Positions 26,059 through 32,219 of a stretch of DNA of 32,219 nt are shown here, one piece after another. The notes under the pieces were generated by a model. The model ran no database searches. It had not been told where the DNA came from and was given only the letters and a program-made list of their open reading frames with translations. The DNA is taken from the sequence record SRR20825019_1366; one strand, given 5' to 3'. A program made the position numbers and the translations under genes. The number at the start of each line of letters is the position of its first letter. The first letter of the stretch is position 1.

Positions 26059-28265
26059 GGTTTTGTAAAACGTTTTAAAAGCTGCCTTACCCTTGCGGTG
26101 TTTTCCACATGGTATTTGGCTTGGGTTTTTTTAAGTCCGACCTTAACGGTAACTGCTGAATCGGGTAGTTCCTGAAACATAAATTCATCTGTCCAATCAT
26201 CACCAATCGCAAAAACAAAGTCGTAATCATCTTCACTTAACATACGAGTGGCGGCCCTGCCTTTGTTCACATTGCTGCTTTTTATTTCCATGACCTTGTT
26301 TCCGTTCAGCACACTAATATCGTCATTGCCTATCAAACTACGTAACACCGTATTTAATTCTGTGGCCCTTTTTGTTCCAAAATCGGGGTCGGTGTTGCGG
26401 TAATGCCAAGCCAGGGAATAGTTTTTTTCTTCGATGAACGACCCAGGGGTCCTGTCAACAAAGGACTCAAGCACTGGTCGGATTTTGTCCATCCATTCGC
26501 CTTTTACCTGTTCCAACATCTTAAAATCCTCTCCATTTCGGGAAATCCATACACCATGTTCTACGATCATGTTATATTTTTTAGTCAAGAACCAGCGGGT
26601 AAAGGTTTGCTTGTCCCGTCCGCTGATTAAAAAAACGGTCGTATTTTCCTGTTGGTTCAGTTCGTCCAAGAGCTCGTAAAGTTCCTCATCAGGAGAGGCT
26701 TGCTGTGGGTCTTTATGAAAACCGGCCAAAGTACCATCATAATCTAAGAAGAGCAGTCTTTTTTTTGATTTGGCGTACTCCTTTTCAATGGATAAAAGGA
26801 TTTCTGGCGACATCTTTTCAGAGATAAAAGCCTTGCCGAGCTCTCTTTTTTCCTTTAGTGACCTCATAAACTCATTGGCCCAGACTTCCACATTATAGCG
26901 TTCCAGTCTTTTTTGAAGGAAAGTGTTTCTGGACACCTGCTCTTCCAATGGCATATTGAAGGCTCTTTTAAGTGTGTCTGCTTGCTGTTCAAAATTGTTG
27001 GGATTAATGAGCAGAGCTTCGTTCATTTCGTAAGCGGAGCCCGCCATTTCACTCAAGATGAGTACTCCGGATTTATCCGTTCGTGTGGCGATATATTCTT
27101 TGGCCACCAAATTCATTCCATCTCGCAACGGGGTCAGCCATGCAATATCGCTAGAGGTGTACAGGTCGATTAGGCTTTCAAAGGGTAGTGAGCGGTAGAA
27201 ATACCAAATTGGCGTCCAGTTTACTGTGGACAATTCACCATTGATGCGTCCGACCAGTTCATCAACCTCTCTTTTTAATAATTGATATTGGGGCACGTTG
27301 GAACGCGAGGGCACGGCCAATATGATCAGTCGTACCTTTTCTTTGTATTCTGGATATTTTTGAAGGAAATACTCAAATGCGTTGATACGCTTTGCAATTC
27401 CCTTACTATAGTCCAATCGGTCTATGGAAAGAATTAGCTTGGTATCTGGTGCGGATGCCTTGTGATTGTCCAATCGGAGCTGTAAATCGCTTCGCTCGTC
27501 CTTGCTTTTGGAGTCGTGCAATACAGCGGCATCCCTAAACTTTTTATAATCGATTCCCATAGGGAACGAATCCACTTTGATAACCCTGTTGTCCAAATAA
27601 ATCTCATTGAAGCTTACATCCAGTCCAATAAGTCTTCTTACAGAGCTCAAAAAATGTCTCTCGTAGTCGTAGGTATGAAAGCCGATAAGATCGGAACCCA
27701 GCAGTCCTTCCAAAATCTCTTCACGCCAAGGCAGGGTTCGGAAAATTTCAAAAGAGGGGAAGGGAATATGTAAAAAGAAGCCAATAGTGGTATCGGGACG
27801 TTTTTCGCGCACCATTTGAGGTACGAGCATCAATTGGTAGTCATGCACCCAAATGGTATCGTCCTCATCTGAATTTTCGATGATGGCATCGGCAAACTTT
27901 TGGTTTACGGCTTTGTAGGTGTCCCAATAATTCAGTTCAAATTCGGAATACTTCAAAAAGTAGTGAAACAACGGCCATATGGTTCTATTACTGAAGCCGT
28001 AGTAAAATCCATCAATTTCATCAGCATTCAACTTTACTTTGGCGCAGCCATGCTCTTTTAGGGCCTTGTCTATATCATCTTCCAGTTCTTCTGGCGTTTC
28101 TTCGTCTGTTAGTCCAGACCAACCGATCCATAGACTTTCGCCTCCACTGTGAACCGATTTCATGCCCGTGGCCAAACCACCAACACTAGGTATTGCGGTT
28201 ATAGAACCATTGCTAATTTGTAATTGAACAGGTAATCGATTTGAGATTATGATAGTTTTGCCCAT
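26055..28265 (-). CDS. otsAB: Bifunctional trehalose-6-phosphate synthase/phosphatase (OtsA-OtsB fusion)
   Basis: SNRLP, GGLATG, WVHDYQL, FLHIPFP, DRLDYSKG, DGMNLVAKE (GT20); LDYDGTL and GDDWTDE (HAD). Confidence 0.96.
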   Translation of the reverse strand: MGKTIIISNRLPVQLQISNGSITAIPSVGGLATGMKSVHSGGESLWIGWSGLTDEETPEELEDDIDKALKEHGCAKVKLNADEIDGFYYGFSNRTIWPLFHYFLKYSEFELNYWDTYKAVNQKFADAIIENSDEDDTIWVHDYQLMLVPQMVREKRPDTTIGFFLHIPFPSFEIFRTLPWREEILEGLLGSDLIGFHTYDYERHFLSSVRRLIGLDVSFNEIYLDNRVIKVDSFPMGIDYKKFRDAAVLHDSKSKDERSDLQLRLDNHKASAPDTKLILSIDRLDYSKGIAKRINAFEYFLQKYPEYKEKVRLIILAVPSRSNVPQYQLLKREVDELVGRINGELSTVNWTPIWYFYRSLPFESLIDLYTSSDIAWLTPLRDGMNLVAKEYIATRTDKSGVLILSEMAGSAYEMNEALLINPNNFEQQADTLKRAFNMPLEEQVSRNTFLQKRLERYNVEVWANEFMRSLKEKRELGKAFISEKMSPEILLSIEKEYAKSKKRLLFLDYDGTLAGFHKDPQQASPDEELYELLDELNQQENTTVFLISGRDKQTFTRWFLTKKYNMIVEHGVWISRNGEDFKMLEQVKGEWMDKIRPVLESFVDRTPGSFIEEKNYSLAWHYRNTDPDFGTKRATELNTVLRSLIGNDDISVLNGNKVMEIKSSNVNKGRAATRMLSEDDYDFVFAIGDDWTDEFMFQELPDSAVTVKVGLKKTQAKYHVENTARVRQLLKRFTKP

Positions 28266-28368
28266 AAAAGGATAAGTTTTGACGTGTTTTAATTTTTTGT
28301 TTCTTTAAAAATCGGGAAATTCGAGCGCAAAACCAATTCATTCTAAACCTTTTGAGAATTTTTGAGCT

Positions 28369-30168
28369 ATGGACAATTTGAATTACGGAATTATAGGAAA
28401 TTGTAGGAGTGCCGCATTGATTTCCAAAGATGGTTCCATTGACTGGTGCTGTTTGCCACAATTTGACTCCACATCAATTTTTGCTAGACTATTGGATGAG
28501 CAAAAAGGGGGGAGTTTTGAAGTGCATCCAATTGGGGATTATAACATTGAACAGGAATATTATCGCAGTACTGCTATTCTGATTACGCGCTTTACAGAAG
28601 GGGAAAATGTTTTTGAACTTCACGACTTTATGCCCCGTCACCATAAAATGAACGGAAAATATAAGGCACAGCCGGAAATTATCAGGTATGTAAAATATGT
28701 CTCAGGGTCACCTAAATTTACAGTGAAGTATGACCCTAAATTGGAATATGGACTCGGCGAGACCACGCATTTTGTAAAAGAAGATTTTATAGCAAGTCTT
28801 ACCCATCAAGAGAAGTATGATACCTTGTTCCTCTATACTTCTTTTGACAAGGAGGGGGTTCTTAACGGTGATGAAATAACTCTTAAGGAAGATGGCTATT
28901 TCCTGATTCGTTATAACGAAAAAATATTAAAACCCACTACCGAAAAGATGGCCTTGGAACTGGAGCGGACCAAGGTGTACTGGTTGGATTGGTCTGCAAA
29001 GACACCCGATTACCAAAAGTTCAAGGATGAAATAATCAGAAGTGCCATTACCTTGAAAATGCTTACCTATGATAAGACAGGGGCTGTTTTGGCAGCTGCC
29101 ACGACTTCGCTTCCGGAAACAATAGGTGAGGTGAGAAACTGGGATTATCGTTTCTGTTGGATTCGTGATGCATCCATGGTAATCAAGGTGGTTTCGGAGC
29201 TTGGTCATAAGAATTCTGCGAAGCGCTATCTGCAGTTTATCATTGATTTGATGCCGGACAAGGACGAGAAACTTCAGATTATGTACGGCATCAATAAGGA
29301 AAAGATGCTGACCGAAATTTCGTTGGACCATCTCGATGGTTACAAGGGTTCCAAGCCCGTTCGTGTTGGTAATGCAGCCTATATGCAAAAGCAGAACGAC
29401 ATCTATGGAATTCTAATGGATGTTATCTACGAACAGTTGCGAAACTTCAGTAACGATATAGAGAACGTAGAGGAGCTATGGAGCATAACCAAAGGTATTG
29501 TTTGGATTGTGGGCAAACACTGGGAAGAACCAGATAAAGGAATTTGGGAATTCCGAGGGGACGATAGACATTTTACGTTCTCCAAAGTATTGTGCTGGGT
29601 GGCTTTGGACCGTGCCATTAAAGTGGCCAATATGTTTGGAAAGACACGAAAATTGGAACGCTGGACGGCTCTTGAGCAAAAAATCAAGGACGATATCCAC
29701 GAAAATGCATGGAACAGCGATATCAATGCTTTTGTCCAGAGCTATGGTTCCCGTCATTTGGATGCATCCGTTTTATTGATGGAGCCTTACGGGTTTATCC
29801 ATCCGCGCGATCCAAAATATGTGAGCACTGTAAAGGCTATTGAGGAAGGCTTGAGCAATGATGGTCTTTTGTACCGTTATAAAAACGAGGACGACTTTGG
29901 ATTGCCTTCTTCCTCATTTACAATTTGTACGTTCTGGTTTATCAATGCACTTTTCAAAATAGGGGAGGAAGAAAAGGCTTTGGAGCAGTTCGAGCGTTTA
30001 TTGAGCTATAGCAACCATTTGGGATTGTTCAGCGAGGATATCGATTTTAAAACAAAACGTTTGTTGGGCAATTTCCCACAGGCCTATTCGCATTTGGCAT
30101 TAATCGAGTGTGCCATTAATTTCTCCACCAAGCAAAAAGATGAGCGCATACTGGAGTCCATCAAATAA
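28369..30168 (+). CDS. Glycoside hydrolase family 15 (trehalase/glucoamylase-like)
   Basis: IGNCRSAAL, AAATTSLPE, RNWDYRFCWIRD, GIWEFR, LFSED, GNFPQAYSH. Confidence 0.94.
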   Translation: MDNLNYGIIGNCRSAALISKDGSIDWCCLPQFDSTSIFARLLDEQKGGSFEVHPIGDYNIEQEYYRSTAILITRFTEGENVFELHDFMPRHHKMNGKYKAQPEIIRYVKYVSGSPKFTVKYDPKLEYGLGETTHFVKEDFIASLTHQEKYDTLFLYTSFDKEGVLNGDEITLKEDGYFLIRYNEKILKPTTEKMALELERTKVYWLDWSAKTPDYQKFKDEIIRSAITLKMLTYDKTGAVLAAATTSLPETIGEVRNWDYRFCWIRDASMVIKVVSELGHKNSAKRYLQFIIDLMPDKDEKLQIMYGINKEKMLTEISLDHLDGYKGSKPVRVGNAAYMQKQNDIYGILMDVIYEQLRNFSNDIENVEELWSITKGIVWIVGKHWEEPDKGIWEFRGDDRHFTFSKVLCWVALDRAIKVANMFGKTRKLERWTALEQKIKDDIHENAWNSDINAFVQSYGSRHLDASVLLMEPYGFIHPRDPKYVSTVKAIEEGLSNDGLLYRYKNEDDFGLPSSSFTICTFWFINALFKIGEEEKALEQFERLLSYSNHLGLFSEDIDFKTKRLLGNFPQAYSHLALIECAINFSTKQKDERILESIK

Positions 30169-30170
30169 AT

Positions 30171-30198
30171 AAAAAAAACGCCCCGATCGGGGCGTTTT
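30171..30198. terminator. Bidirectional Rho-independent terminator
   Basis: Perfect palindrome AAAACGCCCCGATCGGGGCGTTTT (30175-30198) with an A8 run on the left, between convergent genes. Confidence 0.88.
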
Positions 30199-30236
30199 CA
30201 AATCCAAGTGGGTTTTCATCCCAACAAATATTTGAA

Positions 30237-32042
30237 TTAGTCAAAGGTATACCCGTTATCTGCGGCAACTTTGTCGGCAATCTGCGTTCTAAGTTCCACA
30301 ACATTGGGTTGGTTTGTGTACTTGGTAAAGCGTTTGAGTCCCATCAACATCATACGTTGCTCATCACCTTCGGCAAAGGAAACTATGGCTTCTTTCCCCT
30401 TTTGCTGGATGATGTCAACCGCTCTGTACAAATACAATTTGGACATCGCTATTTGTGCTGCCTGGGCTTCTTCACCAAAGCGTTTTGCATTTTTCTCGGT
30501 TCTAAGAATGGCCGATTCTGCCATATAGATTTGAATCAAGATATCGGAAGCGGCCATCAATAGCATTTGATGTTCTTCCAAATCGGGACCAAATTTCTGA
30601 ACGGCGCTACCAGCGACCATCAAAAAGACTTTTTTCAGTCTTGTGAGCAAGTCTTTTTCTTCGGACAGCAATTCCGAATAGTCCGGTGTGTCAAAAGATG
30701 GAATGCCCATCAATTCCTCGCCCACTTTTGTGGCTGGCCCCAAAAGGTCCACATGCCCTTTCATAGCCTTTTTCACCAACATTCCAACGGAAAGCATACG
30801 GTTGATTTCGTTGGTGCCTTCGTAAATTCTGGAAATACGGGCATCTCGCCATGCAGATTCCATTGGGGTATCGGCACTAAAGCCCATTCCTCCGAATATT
30901 TGGATGCCTTCGTCCGTGGTATGTTGTACGTGCTCGGAAACGGCCACCTTCAAAATGGAACATTCAATGGCGTATTCCTCTACACCTTTGAGTTCTGCTT
31001 CTTGATGCGGATTGCCGCTAGATTCGCGAATGGCAATTCTGTCCTCGATATTCTTTGCGGCACGATAGCAGGCTGCTTCGTCCACATAGGCGTTGGTGGC
31101 CATATCTGCAATTTTTGCTTTGATGGCACCAAAGTTGATGATCGGGGTTTTAAATTGAACGCGCTCGTTGGCGTATTTTGTGGCTTCGCTGATGACTCGG
31201 CGCTGTGCTTCCAAACAAGCAGCTGCCAATTTAATACGGCCGATGTTCAAAGCGTTCATTGCGATTTTAAAGCCATTTCCTTTTTCGGATAGCATGTTTT
31301 CAACGGGAACCTTGGTTTCGTTGAAGAATACTTGTCGGGTAGAGGAGGAGTGAATGCCCAATTTCTTTTCTTCATCACCCAAGCTGATTCCATTCTTTGG
31401 GTCGTTTTCCACGATAAACCCGGTGATGTTTTTGTCATCTTCAATTCGGGCAAAAACAATGAACAGGTTACAGAATCCAGCATTGGAAATCCACATTTTC
31501 TGTCCCGTGATGCTGTAGTATTTGCCGTCATCAGAAAGCACGGCCTTCGTTTTGCCCGAGTTCGCATCGGAACCTGCTCCTGGTTCGGTTAAACAATATG
31601 CACCGAACCATTCGCCAGTAGCCAATTTAGGTACATATTTTTGTTTTTGTTCTTCGGTTCCGTACAGGGTAATGGGCATGGTTCCAATTCCGGTGTGGGC
31701 TCCAAAAGCGGTACTAAATGATCCCGTGGCGCCCGAAATGTAATCGCAGACCAGCATGGTAGAGACAAATCCCATTCCCATACCTCCGTAAGCTTCTGGA
31801 ACGGCTACACTTAGCAAGCCAAGTTCGCCGGCTTTTCTCATACATTCCTCGGTATAGGCGTAGTCTTTTTTCTCAAAACGCTCCCAGTGTGCCCAAAGTT
31901 CCCTGTCCACAAATTCTTTGGTGCTTTCGCGCATCATTTTTTGTTCCTCGTTAAGGTCCTCAAGGGTGAATACATCCTCACACTTGGTCTCCTTGACCAA
32001 GAATTGACCTCCTCTCAGTATGTCTTTTTCTGTTGTTTCCAT
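30237..32042 (-). CDS. fadE: Acyl-CoA dehydrogenase (long FadE/ACAD9-like type)
   Basis: CLTEPGAGSD, GQKMWISN, KLGIHSSST, IFGGMG, RIYEGTNEIN catalytic Glu. Confidence 0.95.
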   Translation of the reverse strand: METTEKDILRGGQFLVKETKCEDVFTLEDLNEEQKMMRESTKEFVDRELWAHWERFEKKDYAYTEECMRKAGELGLLSVAVPEAYGGMGMGFVSTMLVCDYISGATGSFSTAFGAHTGIGTMPITLYGTEEQKQKYVPKLATGEWFGAYCLTEPGAGSDANSGKTKAVLSDDGKYYSITGQKMWISNAGFCNLFIVFARIEDDKNITGFIVENDPKNGISLGDEEKKLGIHSSSTRQVFFNETKVPVENMLSEKGNGFKIAMNALNIGRIKLAAACLEAQRRVISEATKYANERVQFKTPIINFGAIKAKIADMATNAYVDEAACYRAAKNIEDRIAIRESSGNPHQEAELKGVEEYAIECSILKVAVSEHVQHTTDEGIQIFGGMGFSADTPMESAWRDARISRIYEGTNEINRMLSVGMLVKKAMKGHVDLLGPATKVGEELMGIPSFDTPDYSELLSEEKDLLTRLKKVFLMVAGSAVQKFGPDLEEHQMLLMAASDILIQIYMAESAILRTEKNAKRFGEEAQAAQIAMSKLYLYRAVDIIQQKGKEAIVSFAEGDEQRMMLMGLKRFTKYTNQPNVVELRTQIADKVAADNGYTFD

Positions 32043-32060
32043 AGTTGCTTAGATTAATAG

Positions 32061-32081
32061 AGTCAAGAATCAAGAGCCAAG
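32061..32081. repeat. Three imperfect heptamer repeats (AGTCAAG AATCAAG AGCCAAG)
   Basis: Seen directly; located 2 bp downstream of the four-helix-bundle stop codon. Confidence 0.75.
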
Positions 32082-32083
32082 AT

Positions 32084-32218
32084 TTACTTGCCTAAACTGG
32101 TTTGAAAACTTGAAATCATTTTTTGTAATTGTTTTATGCTTTGTTCTAGTTGCTCAAATATTTCCGAAGTGATATAATTCTCGTTATGTGCTATTATTAA
32201 TTGTGTTTCCCATTCAAA
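32084..32218 (-). CDS. Four-helix-bundle protein (23S rRNA-IVP/S23-like), 3' part only; absent from the supplied ORF track
   Basis: Manual translation FEWETQLIIAHNENYITSEIFEQLEQSIKQLQKMISSFQTSLGK* matches the ExETQLxxA...YI C-terminus of this family. Confidence 0.8.
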   Translation of the reverse strand, partial: FEWETQLIIAHNENYITSEIFEQLEQSIKQLQKMISSFQTSLGK

Positions 32219-32219
32219 G

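Noticed and set aside
30271-31743. Antisense ORFs within the acyl-CoA dehydrogenase, including a 241-aa one
   Set aside because: Typical codon-bias shadows of a conserved gene
1-32219. Prophage, IS element, defence island, PUL or structural RNA genes
   Set aside because: No integrase, transposase, nuclease, SusC/SusD, tRNA or rRNA signatures recognised; intergenic gaps are short

Overview
AT-rich chromosomal segment from a Bacteroidota genome, very probably a marine Flavobacteriaceae (Muricauda/Flagellimonas-like; inferred from gene families and TAnnTTTG-type promoters). It is almost entirely protein-coding, and I found no rRNA, tRNA, CRISPR array, integrase or transposase. From left to right it holds: a 7-bp tandem repeat and a LytTR-type direct repeat; five tandem 2TM-domain genes and a REC-LytTR response regulator; a LETM1-like protein; a TPR lipoprotein; mscS, corA and ompW (with an FNR-like box); an ECF sigma/RskA-type anti-sigma pair; a yjdI/yjdJ-like pair; sodC; DUF2490; an S9 peptidase; a VPS10/BNR protein; two amidohydrolases; an MFS transporter; a six-gene minus-strand operon (TPS/TPP fusion, propeller with two NTF2 domains, TMEM175 K+ channel, M28, M1, YdeI) divergent from a GH15 hydrolase; an acyl-CoA dehydrogenase; and the 3' end of a four-helix-bundle gene followed by heptamer repeats. 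The best candidate for an undescribed system is the apparently autoregulated 5x2TM/LytTR module. Its fifth paralog seems frameshifted at an A6 run, and the shifted frame ends in an ATGA overlap with the regulator. All family calls come from motif recognition by eye, not database searches.
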